Source: the human T2T-CHM13v2.0 reference genome, Homo sapiens. Taken from it: a stretch of DNA of 64,000 nt. The notes under the pieces are model-generated. The model did no database searches. It saw only the letters and a list, made by a program, of their open reading frames with translations, and was not told the DNA's origin. Shown here piece after piece: positions 36,187 to 51,724 of the stretch (positions are counted from its first letter, which is position 1; the number at the start of each line of letters is the position of its first letter). The stretch lies in assembly GCF_009914755.1 (NCBI RefSeq), contig NC_060947.1. One strand, written 5' to 3'. Position numbers and translations under genes: made by a program.

Positions 36187-39100
36187 AGTGTCAGTGACTC
36201 ATTTATTTGATGAACATTGTATCAGCATTTGCTCATAGAAATTACTGTTAGTAGTGAAGTTACCATTAAAAGCAAGACTCATCCCTAACCCTAAAACGGT
36301 AGAGTGTAGGTCCAGAAGCCATATCAGGAATGTGGTAAGATTTTCTCTACAATCTAAAGAATAAGTTTAAAAAGGAGTGGGGAGGTGAGACTCCAGATGG
36401 AGCCTTTGATTAAAAAGGCCCTGAGCTAAGGCAGTTTTGGGCTTTGGGCAACTGTAGGTGCTTCTGTGGGAGCTGATCGTTATGAAGCTGGGTGGTGGCA
36501 GGGCCCAGACTCTCAGAAGGTGAGAGAAAAGCCTGGAAAGGAAAACCACTTGAGCAGTTCCCTCTGGGTGGAGGATGAAGCAGAGAGGAGTCTCCACACG
36601 GAGAATTAATGGAAGGTGTTCTGTGGCTCTGTAACTGGTGAGCTTGAACACAGTGCAAGGACTAGGTGATTGATACCCATCATCTGCAAGTTTTCCTGAG
36701 AATTTTGGTTATAATTCCTTGATGTGGTGCTCAGAAGCCTCTAGGCTGGCACTCATTTGCCAGGCCTGGGAGAGCCCAAGCCCATTCCATTGACAGGACT
36801 TTTAGTTGGGTTCTTTTGAATGTAATGTGGACAAGTCTAAGCAAGGTCTAGATTTCTCGTGGAGCTTAAATAAAACTAGTGGTTTGGATGGATGATCAGT
36901 GGGGAAGGTGAAAAGGAATTGGTCCTTAACTTAAAATCTACAATCTTTGAGTTGCATTCAGTTGTGGAAGCCTCTTCTTTCTTGAATGATACAATATATC
37001 CTTTTAGAAAGAAAATGCCCTGAGGTATATTTATGAAGCCAAACTTTTGGTTCAGTTCATATTCCTTGACATATTCAGCTAGATGTTCTATGAGACGTTT
37101 TGGATAATGAAAACAAGAGCTGAATTTTTCTCAAAAGACAGTAGTAGACTTTGGGGTTATAATCATATTGATGACAACTGCCATTTATTAAAATTCCAAG
37201 GTATGCCAAGCTGTGTGCCAGGTGTTTTGCTCACACTACATACATTCCAGCCATTCTACAGAACAGGGATTATCAAACCCATTTTACAGACGAAGAAGCT
37301 GAGGTTTATAGTTCATGACAAATTCCCGAAGATCACGTGATGATCACATGATTAGAAAGTGACTGGGCTGGGACTTGAGTTCTGAATTCATCTAGACCCA
37401 CACTGTCCCCACTCCTCTCAGCCTGAGCATAGCCTTCTTCCTGTTAAGTCACTTCTCTTCACACTTCCTAATGTCTTTCAGGTAACATAAAGGAGAAACC
37501 TGTGACAAAGTATTTAGATAGGCCTAGAGAAGAAAGGTGACAATGAGAATCAATACCTTTCAAGGATCGTTTTGGGCTTTCTTTACATAAATTCTTCCTG
37601 TTATGAGCCCTAGGTTTCTTGAGAGCTGACTCTGTCTGGGTGGCAGTACTTTTGTCCAGCCCCAGGGCTTTCCCACCTTACAACACCCTCCATTTGATCT
37701 CCCCTGGGCGCTCTCCTGTGTAACTCTGGACCCTGGCCTGTTGAGTAACTTCTCACTGTGGTCTCGCACTCTGAAGCCTGTGCCCAGCCCTCAGTGCAAG
37801 AGCCCAGAGACATCTGCCCTTCCCCTGACATAGACCACTGTTTGTCACTGGAGAAGTTCCCTGACCGATCCATCCCTCCCGCTGGCTCCTCTGTGATAAC
37901 GGCCCTCGATGTGAATATCCACTTTGGATAGTGACATTTCCATACCTACGCTGGGCATCTTCAACACACTCTCCACATATTTCCAAATAGGCCGCAGAGT
38001 AAAATCTGATTGTCACATAACATATGGGGTTTAGGGATGTAATCCTAAGGACAGATATAGCCTATTTGAAATCTTCCTGATACTTGATACTTGTAGTATG
38101 ATTTTAATGAGATGCATTATCTGAAACAGGGCACTGAACACAAACAGAGATGAATAAGTTTGTGTAGATGATCAAATGCCAATCTTTCCTTCATAAACTT
38201 TGTAGGTGAGGAAAGGCTATAGACATCGCTTTCTAAATGATCTACAGGAAGGTGAATTTCTAAAAAAACAAAACGGTATCAAAATCTTGAAGACTGCCTA
38301 GGAGGTGACAAGGGTACTTTGGGGGACATGCCATCTCTGATGAGAAATAAACAATAATTAAACATCCTTCCACTGTCTCTCATCTGTGTACCTGCCCCAC
38401 AGGAAAATCGTGGCTTGCAGTGAGCCACAGGCACGTGTATAGCTGTTCAGGAATGTTCCGTCATATGGAGGGTAGCAGAGGCTCACAGGGTAGGTTATTT
38501 TTCACACACCAAAAATATGAGAGAATTCTCAGTCTAAAGAAATTATATAGGTTATTAAAAGGACAGTGCCAAGTGATATTGAGGGATTAAGGTTGACCCT
38601 CCCTGCAAAGACTTACAGAATTGTCTTAAAACTGGATGTAATCCTGAATTTGAAACCACCAGTCACCTCGTAGGTGCAAGAAAAAGTTGGAAGATTTCAA
38701 GGCTATGCGGACATTCCCAGAAACAATTCCAAGACATGAAGAGAATTACTGTCCTCAAGCATAATAGTTGCTTTTCTTTGAGCACCATAATGACATATGG
38801 GAGAGACTACAAGTGCCCATCTCCATCTTGTCTAGCTCGCCTTCCTGGCGGGTTCATTTGTAGTTAGACAGAAGCCAGTGCATCATTCCCATGCTTTCGT
38901 TTCTGTTCAGCGCTAAACATCTGTTGTGACATGGAGGGGCAAGGTGAAAGCAGCTTGGATTGTTGGCTGAGGGGAAAGTGAGGGCCTGCTGTGGATTAGT
39001 TTATTATGCCATAACAATACCACAGACTGGGTGACTTAAACAATAGAATTGTATTTTCTCCCATTTCTGGAGGCTAAATATCTAAGATCAAGATGTGGGC

Positions 39101-41033
39101 CAGTTTGATTTCTTCCCTGGCCTCCCCGTGGCTTGCTGATGACCACTTTCTCACTGAATTCTGACATGGATGTTCTTTGGTCTGTGTGTCGGTATCTTAA
39201 TCTGCTCTTTTATGAGAACACCAGTCATCTTGAATATGATCCTAATCATAAGATCTCATTTTACCTTAGCTGCCTCTTCAAAGGTTCTGTCTCCAAATAC
39301 AGTGATATTCTGCAGTACTGGGGGTTGAGGCTTGGATATATGAACTCGGAAAGGGGCGCAATTCAGCCCATAACACCCTGCCAACTTAAATCAGAATTTA
39401 TGTGCACAAAAATCAACTCGTGTGAAGCCATTTAACTTTCAGGGAGTTTTTTCTTTTCCATCAGGTTACTGTTAATGTGACTACTGGAGTGCTCCTCTTC
39501 CTTTTCTTAGGGTCATTTCAGTATTTGACTTAAAAGTAAATAGTGCATGTATTTTTGTTGCAAAAAAATTCTAAAAAGACATAGAAATTGCATTGCTTTC
39601 TTTACAAAGTTCCTCCAAAACTCAGCCTCCTACTCAGAAATTTCCACAAGTAACAATGTGGACGTGTAAATTTTAAAATATGATTTTCGATTTCAGGCTT
39701 TCATAAAGATAGATGTGCTATTTTATATATACACATATATGTACATATATACACACATGTGTAATGATATAATGATATACATATAGATCTGCCACTTACC
39801 TCTGCCACTATAATAGATTCAATTGCCTCTTCCACAAACGTCTACACTGAAATAAAAATGTGGCATTGATTTCGAGATAGGATTATTTCAAAGGCAATCA
39901 AGTTAAAATGAGGTTATTAATGCTGGCCTTATTGGAAGCCAGTATAAACAGGGGATATTTGGACATAGAGATATGAGTATGGAGATGACAGTGTGAGTAG
40001 ACATGGAGGGAAGACAGCTAGGTACAAGGCAATGAGAGAGGCCTGGAAAGCATCCCCCAGTCACAGCCTCATAAGGAATCAATCTTGTGTACACCTTGCT
40101 CTTGGGCTACCAGATTCCAAAACTGTGAGACAATGAAATTCTGTTGTTTTGTCATCCAGGTTGTGGTACTTTGCTATTGCAACCCTAACATGCCATGATA
40201 CTCACTTATTAAAATGTATCCAGCATCTTTCCATGTCAGCACATAGAGATCTGCCTTACTTTGGGGACTTTTCCCGAGAATGCCAATTTATTTCTGTGCA
40301 TTAACAAACTGAACCAACCTCCTCCTGATGAACACATATTTGCTTTTTCTTTGTGGCTAAAATTAGTATAAATATAATCAATATATTTGACCATAAATTC
40401 TGGGACAAGTGCATAAAATTCCTTATAAGGAATACATTTCAATGTAGAAGTTGTGTAGAAGTGAACAGGGTATGAATAATTTTATACTTTTTCAAATGTT
40501 GCTGACTCTTTCCACCAAAGGTCTCACCAATTAGTTTCCCTACACATTTGTTGATGTGGAAATGATTCATTTGTTGACAAACATATTTTATCAGAATTTT
40601 AAACCTTATTGAAACTTATGGGTGAAAATCCTAGGGGAGTTTGGTTTTGGTAATGACATTTTCAGATGCATCACCAAAATTTTGGTCAAACTTATAGGTG
40701 CAAACCCTAGTTGACCTTAAGTTTGGTGGTGACTTTTTCAGATGCAACACCAAAAGTGCCAACATCTAAGAAAAGAGATATAAATTGGACTTCATTAAAA
40801 TTAACAACTTCTACTCTAAAAGACTGCTAAGAGAAAAGACAAGCCAGAGACTGGGATAAATGTTTTGTGAAACACATATCTGATAAAAGTTATATATTTA
40901 AATATGCACAAAACGCTAAAACCCAATCATAAGAAAACAGAAAGCCTAATTGAAAATGGCCAAAAATTCTAAACAGGTACCCCACCAAAGATATATATGA
41001 ATAGAAAGTAATCGGACACAACTGTCCAATTTC

Positions 41034-41393
41034 TGATATGGTTTGGCTCTGTGTCCCCACCGAAATCTGAACTCAAATTTTAATCCCCACATGTCGAGGG
41101 AGGGAGATGATTGGATCATGGGGGCAGTTTCACCGATGTTTTTCCCCTTGTAGTGAGTGAGTTCTCACGAGATCTGATTGTTTTGTACGTGTTTCAAAGT
41201 TCCTCCTTTATGCTTCTTCTTCCTGCCGCCTTGAGAAAAAGGTACCTGCTTCCCCTTCGCATTCCATCATGATCATAAGTTTCCTGAAGCCTCCCCCAGC
41301 CGTGTGGAACTGGGAGTCAACTAAACCTCTTTCTTTTATAAATTATTCAGTCTCAGGCATTTCTTTATAGCCATGTGGAAACAGAATAATACA
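41034..41393 (+). mobile_element. MST (MSTA-like) solo LTR inserted into old L1
   Basis: TGATATGGTTTGGCTCTGTGTCCCC...AATACA; absent at the paralogous site (~19908). Confidence 0.85.
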
Positions 41394-42587
41394 ATGACAT
41401 ATATCATTAAAGAATCGCAAACTGAAACAACTAAGATATAACACTACAGACCCAGAAGAGTGGCTGAAACCCAAAACACTGAACCAACAAATGTTCACAC
41501 GTGTGTTGAGCAACAGGAACTTTCAATCATTGTTAGTGGGACAGACCTGAAGGAATCGTGAAAGCCTATTGCTAAGTGAAAGAAGAAAATATAAAAAGGC
41601 GACATAATATATGATTCCGGTCATACGATATTCTGGAACAGGCAAGATGAATACACTAAAAATATTAGTGGTTTCCAAGGGCTGAGGGGTTGGAGTTGAG
41701 GAATGGAGGATTAATCAATAGGTGGAGTACACAGGAGATTTAGGTTGGTGAAACAATTCTGTATGATACTGTAATGATGAATACTTGCCATTGCACACTC
41801 ATCAAAAACCATAGCATCCACAATGTGGAATGAGTCCTGATGTAAACTGTGGAATTTACTTACTAAATAGGTATCAATACAGATCCATCAGTTGTAGCAA
41901 ACATGCTATAATAATACAAATTGTAAATAATAGGAGACACTGTGTGTGTGTGTGTTCGTGTGTGTGTGTGGGTGTGTGTGTGCGTGAGGCAGAGCAGGGA
42001 GGGGGGTATAGATCTGTGGGAACTCTGTAATTTTGACGAAGTTTTCTCTCTGTATTTTTGGATTAGCAATGCTCTAAAAATGAAGCCTATTTTAAAGAAA
42101 AATCATGTAAATAATTTGAACACTTTATCAAAGAGGATATACATATTGGAAAGAGGCACGTAATGTCATTTGTCATTAGGGAGATGCAAACAAAAACCAA
42201 AGAAGTTTGCAATACACTCTTATTACAATGGCTAAAATCCAGCAGTCTAAAATATCCGATGTAGGAGAGGATATGGAACAACAGGAATTCTCATTCCTTG
42301 CTAGTTGTGATGAAAACTGATACAGCTGCACTTTTAAATCAGTATTTTATGCACCTCCTCTTATGACATGGTGAAAGCTAAAAGTACAGGAACTGAAAGA
42401 AGAACATAGTTGTCAGGGGCTTTGCAGAAGTGCAGTGACTGACCTCAAATGGGATGCACAGGAGAATTTTAGGTTCATCAAACTGGTCATTACGATACTT
42501 GGGTGGTACCTATGGGCCTCCATGCATTTGTCAAAATACGTATAACTTCACAAAATAGTTGCATTTGATGTGTGTTTTTGAAAAAAC

Positions 42588-42895
42588 ATTTTAACTTTTA
42601 CTTTCAGAGATAGAAGTGCAGGTGTGTTACATAGGTAAATTGTGTCATGGGGGTTTCTTGTACAGATTATTTCACCACCCATCTATTAAGCCTAGTACCC
42701 ATTTGTTATTTTTCCTGATCCTCTCCCTCCTCCCACTCTCCACCCTCTGAAAGGCCCCAATGTGTGTTGCTCCCTTCTATGTGTCCATGTGTTTTCCTCT
42801 CTAGCTCCCACTTATAAGTGAGAACAGGTAGTATTTGGTTTTCTGTTACTGTGTTAGTTCACTTAGAATAATGGCCTCTAGCTCCATCCGTGCCA
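42588..42895 (-). mobile_element. L1PA/L1PB 3' end
   Basis: Antisense primate L1 3' UTR (gttacataggtaaattgtgtcatggggg...cccacttataagtgagaac). Confidence 0.8.
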
Positions 42896-42942
42896 TGGAT
42901 TGGGATTTTTTTTAAGTAGCAACAACAAAGAAGACTTTAACC

Positions 42943-44918
42943 TAGTCTAGGTGAGAGAGAATGTTAACATCACATACAGCAGTAGTAACGGAGATTGAAA
43001 AAGTGGAAGGATTTGGAATGGATTTTAGAGGTTGAAGGAACAAAAGTTGTTGTTGGATTGGATTTGGGATAAGATGAAGGGAGAAATCAAGCACAAAAGT
43101 AAGAATTGTGCCCCTTTGATGGTAACAAATATCAAATGAAGACATACTTTGTTTTTTCAATTTTTTGACAGCCTTCATGTGTATTTTATAATCACCCTGA
43201 CACATGCACAAACGTTTCTTATTCCTTGAAATCTGGGAATGCCGTCCCCTCCTTCAACCTGGTGCCCCACAATTCTACAATCATGGCAACTATGATACAC
43301 CTTCACTGTCAGTGGCAGCATGTTCACTGAAGGCTGAATCTAAGTGAGAAATAGGAACTGAAGGTGAGTCATTTGGGGCATGTTTGGAGATGGGTTGTGT
43401 TCACTCCTTTAAAAGGTCCCTGACACTGACCCACTGCTTCAATCCCAAGAACATTAGTACCTCTCTATTCTGGACAGGAGACTTATTTCCAATACCAGGA
43501 GGTAAAATGATAGGCTGCCATTTTCTTTTTACCATCCATAAGAAATACTCCCTTCTTGGGACCTCAGAAGAAAAGCTCCATGAGGATAATTCCCAAGGAC
43601 ATGTGGGCCAGAGCTGGAGTTTACCCACCAGCTGCCTCCCAGTCTGGGAGAAGAGCTTCCTTGCCTGTGGGTTTCCACCTTGAGTGCTGAGGTTTGATGA
43701 TCCACCAATCTTGGCTGTGAGCAGAGGCCAACTGCCCCTGGGAAACGGAGACAAAGCTAAGGAAGGAAGTCAGCTCATGAACAGCTGAGTTGATCCTGAC
43801 CATAGTGGGTGCAGAGAACCCCAATCCTCAGGGTAATCTCTGGCAAAGCCACAATCAACTGTTTTTGGAATTTCAGGGCTCATGAATCCTTCTGAGGGTC
43901 CTACCAGGAGTAAGAACAGCTGAAAAGAAGTATGTGGATCTCTTATCCATGTGGAGAGGGAGATGGGCCTCTACTCCTATCATGTGAGCAACCTGGCACT
44001 GCCACTAAGTTAGTAAAGTGTTTGTGGACCTGGTCAGGGTGTCTGTCATCAACACTCCATCATGACGTTCTGGAATAGAACTGTTAGGTTATATTCCTTG
44101 AATCACCAGGGTTCCAGAGGTCAGCAGGTGGATGGGTCAAGTAAGAGGGGGAATAAATCCACCATTGTCCCAGGTAGCCTTCCCCCAGCTACTACTGAGA
44201 TCTAAGTTCTACTCTCAAAAAGCAAAGGCTTATGAAAGCAGCTAGGCCTTCTGTGGGTGAGATAAAGGGGAGAGAGGAGGTGCCATTTCCTCTGTTCCTC
44301 TTTGACTCATATCATCTCGCTCCTCTTGTTATTAAAGTGACCATTGACCCCAGAGTCTTTCAGTTCTTTCACCTCCAGCCTTACTGATGCTCTAATTTAC
44401 TCATATTGCTGTCTCACTAAAACATAATCTATACAAAGACTTATTTATTATTCTGTGCATTTCTGTGTTTATGAAGTTTTTATAATAAACATTTTTGGAG
44501 TAGATTTTGAATTTCCCTATAATTGCATTTTTAGTATAATATGAAAAAGGGTTCCAGTTACATTAAAATGTTTTATATGGATATTCAGTTGTTCCACTGA
44601 TATTTATTTCAACAAGACAGTCTCCTGCTCTAAAGCTGCAACATTTTTTAATCAATTAAGCTTGCATTTATACATGTTTTGTTGCTTTTGTTTTTCAGGA
44701 CTTTCCATTCAGTTCCATTGGTCTATCTGTTAATCCCTGCACCCAAACCTCAAACTCTTCATTATAATAGCTTCTTTGTAATTCTTACTATGTTGGACGA
44801 ACTGCTCTTTTTCAAAACTGTATTGACTATGCTTGGCTATTTGCATGTCTTTATATTTTAGAATACGGTGATTCATACATGCCTTCATGTCCAAAGGCAT
44901 TTAGTTGTTCTGATTTGA
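42943..44918 (+). repeat. ~2 kb segmental direct repeat, copy B
   Basis: Colinear with 1949-3903. Confidence 0.9.
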
Positions 44919-47900
44919 CTCCAGGCTAATCACTTTTAACTTCATTTCTGGTATTCCACACACACTGGGGTGGGGAGTGTGTCCCCCAAGATGTCAGGCA
45001 ACCTCGCTGCTATGACTTTGCTGGGTTCAGCCCACATGGATGCTCTTACAGGTTGGAGTTGCCCATTGGTGTCTGCAGCTGTTCCGTGTGCATATTGCAG
45101 GCTGTCAGTGGCTCTACAGTTTGATGAGAATGTAAATTAGTCCAGCCACTGTGGAAAGTAGTCTGGAGATTTCTCAAAGAACTCAAAACAGAGCTACCAG
45201 TCGACCCAGTAATTCCACTGGTAGATATATACCTAAAGGAAAAGAAATCATTTTCCTTTGAATAAATTGCCAGAATCCTTGTGGTGATGGAACTATTCTG
45301 TACCCTGACTCTATCAATGTTAATATCCTGCTTGTGACATTGTATTATGGTTTTGCAACATGTTACTAGTGAATACAATTAGATATGCTCAATCTCTATA
45401 GTTTGTTTATAAATTTAATGATATTTAGTTGCAGAGTCTTCTGTGTCTATCTTTTGATTATCATCCTGGGCTTGTAGTCTTATTATTAAGCGTTCATCCT
45501 CCCTTTGATTCTACATATGGGGTCCTCGGCTTTCTTCTAAGAAACTATTAGTACAGCTGTAATTCATTTGGGAGAATGACTTAATACATGAATCTGATTT
45601 GTTTTTCCACATGGATATCAAGTAGAACAAGTCCCTTTTATTGAAGTAGTAATCTTCTACTCTTTACTATCCTTTTTATGTTACCCTTTCGTTAGCTGAT
45701 CTTGAGCATTCATTTTTTCAAATAATCATTTAAACCATCTCCTCTTACTGAAATTTTTTATTTGGCTTATCAGTTGATTGCTGAATGTCAAATGATTAAC
45801 CTCAAAGATATGGATACTACTTTGTAACATGTTAGGCCTATTTTTCAAGTTTAATTCTCCCATCAAAAAAGAAAACTTAAAGAAAAAGAATGTTTTTGAT
45901 GACATGACATTCCGTATTCAACTAATGTGTTTTAATCGATTTTCTGATGTCAAAATGTATGTTCTCAATCTTTTCTTGTTTTTTCCTCTACCGAAAACTG
46001 GAAAAGCTCCTCATTATCAGCTCAAATCCAGACTGTGTTCTAGCATTGAAAATTGTATCATCAAGCTGTGCCAAACTTGTCACTTAGAACTTTCAGAGTC
46101 TCAGCAGTAATTCTTGCTTTGACAACCCCATTCTTTACCACTCCCGGTGCACACCTACTCCCTCTTAAGCAATCCAATTGTGAACAGAGCTTTTGGCACA
46201 TCCCTACTCACAACTTGGCCCACCTTGAGGCCAGATTCCTTGTCAATTTCCATCAGGCCAAGATCCTCAATGGTCGGAAGTTTGTATTTTCTATCATTTA
46301 TCTCCAACCCTGTACAGTGTTCTTCATGAAACAGACATTTGATGAATGTAGTATTCTATTATCAAAAATTTTCTTTTGAGTTGAAAAGAAAATATGACTG
46401 TATATACTCCCTCATTTTGCTGATTGAGAAACAAAGACGAGAGTGGTGGTGTGAATGTTTAAGTTTGCTTAGATGCGCAGAGCCTAAATTAAAATCCAAT
46501 TCTGCTGGGCTGCCAGTGTAATGTACTTTAGAGGACTTCAGGCCGCTGTTATCCATCAGTGTTCTGCTAAATCACCCTCCGTCTCTTTCTCTTCTACCCT
46601 CTTTGCTCTATAATCATACGCCTTTTTTAGATTTTAAATTTTTATTTTTATATCTGTTTTTTTGTAGGTGCATATAGGTGTATACATTAATGGATTACAT
46701 CAGATATTTTGATATAGGCATGTAATGCATAATAATCACATCAAGATAAACAAGATAACCATCACCTTAAGCATCTATCCTTTGTATTACAAACAATTCA
46801 ATTCTTGAATTTCTTTTTTTCTAGGCTTTATCTTTAGTTTTCTTACATTTGTATATATTTTAAATTCTCTATGGACTTTCTCCTGCGCCATATCCTCTTA
46901 TCAATTATTGTAACCTTTAACATTTTTGTATAATTCTTTCCAAAGCATATTTAAAAGCAGGTACATATTCTCTCCATGGCTGTGCTTTGAGATAATAATA
47001 TTGGAGATGAAATCCTCTTAGCTGAGAAAAGGAAAGACTGGCGATATGACATTCCATCAAAAAAATTGCAAACAAATTTTTCTTTTAAAATATTCAATTT
47101 TTAAAATGTTTTTGATTACTGTACTTCTTAAGTGTGAAAAATTGTCTCCTGGACCCATTTTTCTCAGAAGGAAATGAATTGCAATCAATATTTGAGATAT
47201 TTCCGGCTCCTGAGAACTATGGCTCCTATATGGGAAACAGGAGCCTGGGTTGGAGAAATGAAATCATTGAGCTATTTAGTTTCCTTACAATGCTTCTAAA
47301 CCATCTAAGCTTTAAAAACTTCTTTCAAGGTATCTGCTTTTCCGCTATTCAAGTATAATTAGGGTTGATTGACTGCCAGAGATTAAAGGAGCTGTAACTT
47401 TTCTGTAATTTTCAAAAGTGTTACAAGAATTAGAAGGTGAAGCCATCCCTTGGTTGGCAACAACACACTTATAGATGATCTAAAAGAGACGAATGAGTGG
47501 ACTGCTTTAAATTAAATGAAAATACTTAAATACCTGTGTGGCTATCATCAAAATAAATATGGCAATTTTACTCAGTAGTGCTAATCACAGAGGTTTCATT
47601 AGTTTTAAAACAAACAAACAAACAAACAAACAAACAAAGATTTCATTGGTGACCTGGATATACATGTTTTTCAGCATGCCATATTTATATCCACAGATAA
47701 TTTTTCCTCAAAAAGAAAAGCTTGCTTTGCTATATGTGCATTTTTTACATATGAATGTTGATTTCTGCTTCAGAGAATGTAGCTTTTTGACAGTAGCCTC
47801 TTCATAAATGTCCATGGTAGCAATAGCATTTATTGAAGAGACTTTAGGATTTATAGGACAGCCCTACAAGATCTGTTTTCATGTGCCTTCTGTGATGACT

Positions 47901-48679
47901 TCTCAATGCTCTTTTGCTAGATTAATGGTCATATTGCCTCGTGAACATATTGATTTTGTATTATTTTGTGAATTATTTTGCATTCCCTTATGCCATCTCG
48001 TTTTGACTCTTTTTTAACCTCGTTTTTCTTCAATGGAGTTCTTCAAATTATACGACATATGACTCAACCAAAATGCCAAAAAAATTAAAAATCAAATTAT
48101 GTGGATATTAAGCATTTGTGGTGAAACAAGACTTACTGCAATTCCTCATCTATGAGCTCCATATGTGTCAATTCATCACTATAGAAGTCTTGTCAGTTTT
48201 TACCTTGGTACATAATTATTTCCACATCTAGTCTTCTAGGGGGCTTGGCAGGGCATCTTGCCAGCTGGTCCACATTAATGAATACACAAACTGCTTATGA
48301 ACTGTGGCTATGCTGCATTTTCGGCTAAGTGATATCACACTTATATGCAGAGTGATTATACTGTTCGAAGCTCCATTTTCACATGAAGGCATTTTCTTCA
48401 CACTTTGTCGAAAACCGTTTTTAGTTTGTCAGGAAAGGCCAGCAGATTGCCAGCCTAACAAGTGAGGAAAGGATGGTTATTTGTTTATGTCTGGGGCCAC
48501 ACTAATATTAAATAGATGGCTTGTCAGAATCATCATCTTTGGGTTATTTTACAGCTTATGACTAATATTTATGGGCATGCAACAATCAGAATATCATGAC
48601 CAGATGCCAGTAAGGAAGCCATTCTATTTCTTTCCCTGGGAAAATTGTTTCTGTGTCTACACATCCAATAAGGTCATGT

Positions 48680-48994
48680 TGATATGGTTTGGCTCTGTCC
48701 CTACCCAAATCTCACCTTGAATTGTAATAATCTCCACACGTCAAGGTTGGGACCAGGCGGAAATAATTGAATCATGGTGGTGGTTTTCCCCATACTGTTC
48801 TCCTGGTAGTGAATAAGTCTCGCTAGATCTGTTGGTTTTGTAAATGGGAGTCCCTTTGCTCTTCATTCATCTTCCACCATGATTGTGAGGCCTCCCAAGC
48901 CATGTGGAACTGTGAGTCCATTAAACCTCTTTCCTTTATAAATTACCCAGTCTCAGGTATATGTTTATTAGCAGCATGAAAATGAACTAATACA
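48680..48994 (+). mobile_element. THE1 (THE1C-like) solo LTR
   Basis: TGATATGGTTTGG...AACTAATACA with perfect TSD CATGT (48675-48679 and 48995-48999). Confidence 0.9.
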
Positions 48995-49539
48995 CATGTC
49001 AAAACAAAAATCAGTGTTTGTTATTCTCCACAACCCTATGTATCACCTAAGTATGGCTTCTTTTGATATTAATAGAAAGCTCTTTTATAGAAAAGGTATG
49101 AACATATGACTACTTAACACTGTGATGCTTTAATGTGTGTGCATGCAAACACATACATACATTTGTGTTTATTTTCAAAGGAAGAATGGACTCCAGTTAT
49201 GTACATTTGTTTTTAAAATGTACATCTGATTGTATGATTTCTTGAGTGGGTATCATATAAACATCCATTAAGAAACCAAAAAGCCACAGTGATCTTACCT
49301 TTTGTGAATACAACATAACCATGAGGTTTCTTGCTATCTAGACAAATGCTGTTACCATCTCATTTCTGTGTCAGTTTTATGTAGGCAAGGCATACAGACA
49401 CACACTGACAATTGTCTCTGGCAGATGCTGGCATTTCATTCATATCACCTTTCGTTTGAATTTTTAAAAAATAAGGCTGACAGTACTGCTTATGCATAAC
49501 ACATTGGAGGCTTCTGAAGAGTTACAATACAGGTATACA

Positions 49540-49921
49540 TTCTTACTTCTCTGTCTGAGAGTGTTCTCTGATCATCCTGGACAGGGGCAGACTGGAAGTG
49601 CTATGTCAGTATCATCCCAGGAGTTACCCTCAACAAATGAGGAACAGAAATCATTGAATAAATATCCCAGCTTCCTCATTTCTTGGTAGAATAATTCTGA
49701 GACATGATCCACACAGCCCCTCAGAGGATGGCCAACAGGATGGAGTCCCATTTGCCCACACTGGTAACCTCGTCATCAACATAGATTTTATTGACTCTCC
49801 TCCCTCCCCTTTCTCCTTTCCTCATTGTCTCCAGTGCTTTCTGTGATGACTGCCCAAATAAGCAACTTACAGTGAAATCTTTGCCTCAGAGTTGACTTTT
49901 GTAGGAACCCAAATTAAGACA
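49540..49921 (+). mobile_element. LTR16-like ERVL LTR fragment
   Basis: Ends ...cccaaataagcaacttac...ggaacccaaattaagaca, typical of LTR16 termini from memory. Confidence 0.55.
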
Positions 49922-51724
49922 TTGACTTTAGCCAATAAAATAATGAAGACAAACACCTAGTGAAAAATTCTTATTCTAGTTGCCTAAGGTGTAGTATTTT
50001 CATTTTATTGCTTTCACCAATGTTAGCTAAATAATGCCCCTTTCATTTGAATAATTAAAAAATAAAGCTGACTGTACTGCTTGCGCACAATCATTTGCTA
50101 ATCTCTTTTTGGAGATTTATTCTATTAATTTTATTTAAGCTACCTTCTCTATGCAGATAACTCCCAAGTTTACAGCTCCATTAAACCTTCTCCTGTTTTC
50201 CATTCTCCACTTGTCCTTGGTCTGTGTTTACTGGGATCATGTTTTTGACTGAAAAATCAAACATTTCTAAGGTTTAATTATTCATCCCTTTTCCCTTTCT
50301 CCAAACTAGCTATCCTTTCTAACTCACCAGCAGTTCCTTACCTCCAATCTTCTATCATCTGCTGTCAACTCTATCTGTTCTATCCAGTCAACAATCAAGT
50401 GCATATCACTTCATAACACCTTGCATGACTGTCTTTATATTTTCCTGTTGCTCACTTAGTTCCAGCTTAGGTTCAGACTATGATAATAACTTCATAACTG
50501 TTTTTTTCTGCCAATTTCCTGGCCCAAATCCTTATTTACCAATATGATTTCATCTTCCTAAAACTCTGCCCACTGCATATGGAATGAAGTCCAGACTTCT
50601 TAGAAAGACATTCAAATGCCTCCAGAAACTAAATTGTCTGCTTGAGTTCCCAGTATTTTCCCACGTGAACACTGCATTCTAGCCAGCAAGATTTATTCAC
50701 TCTATCCTTGATACATGTGATATTTTCCATCTTTAATAATTTCCTCTAACTTTGTGGTCTGATGGCAGTTTATTCATATCTGAATCTTTGTCTAATTCTA
50801 ACAAAGACTCCTAGAAGTTTATTTCTAGAAAATTCCAATCACTTCATTTACAGGTGGGTAAAACCAGGCCTGGAGAAGTGGTGCGATTTGCTTAAAGACA
50901 TGGATATTAAGTAACAGATGCAAGAGAGAGTAGAACAAAGTTTTCAAGGGAGTATTGTATTAATTATTCCAAGCCATCTCCTCCTGACTTGCCAGGGCAA
51001 TGATTTTCCGTATGATTTGTGTTACAATTAATAGTATGCCTCAAGCTCACTATTGCTTTAATTATTTGAAATGTAGACCAAAGCTATTATTTCAATTTAA
51101 TATAATTTTCTCCCAAGGTTGATTCAAAACTCTTGAAGAACAGGGACCATATATTTTACTTCTTTATAGAGTTCAAATAATGGTAATGAGGTAATGATTA
51201 TGGAATTCTAACAATTTTTTTAGTATATATTATGTGTCAGACACTGTGATAAAGTCATTTTATATACAATTCCATTTAAGTTTCATAATAACTTTATGTG
51301 GCAATACCATTATCATTGCCTTTGTATATAAAACAATGAATCACAAAGAAGTTAAATAACTTCAAGTTCACAAAGCTAGTAATTATCTTGGACAGCCTTT
51401 AACATTATGCTTGTATAAATAAAATTCCTGAAATATTTCTTTAACTTGCAAAAGCAATTCGATAATTTGGAATTTTTGGCTATCGAATAATCATAGTTTC
51501 TTCACTGCTTCTCATTTTGTTCACAATGTAAAATTTAACGTGTGCACTACATTTACTGCTTTACTTTGACAATTCTGTAATCCTTGGTTTAGCATGTAAT
51601 CACAATTCTCCAACAAAACAAACATGAAGGAGATAGTTCTCACCAAGGATGACCTACCAAGGTCACGTTTACCGAAGTCACTGCTTCTGGAAATCAAGAT
51701 TTTTTCTGCTTATGGGAATGTTTC

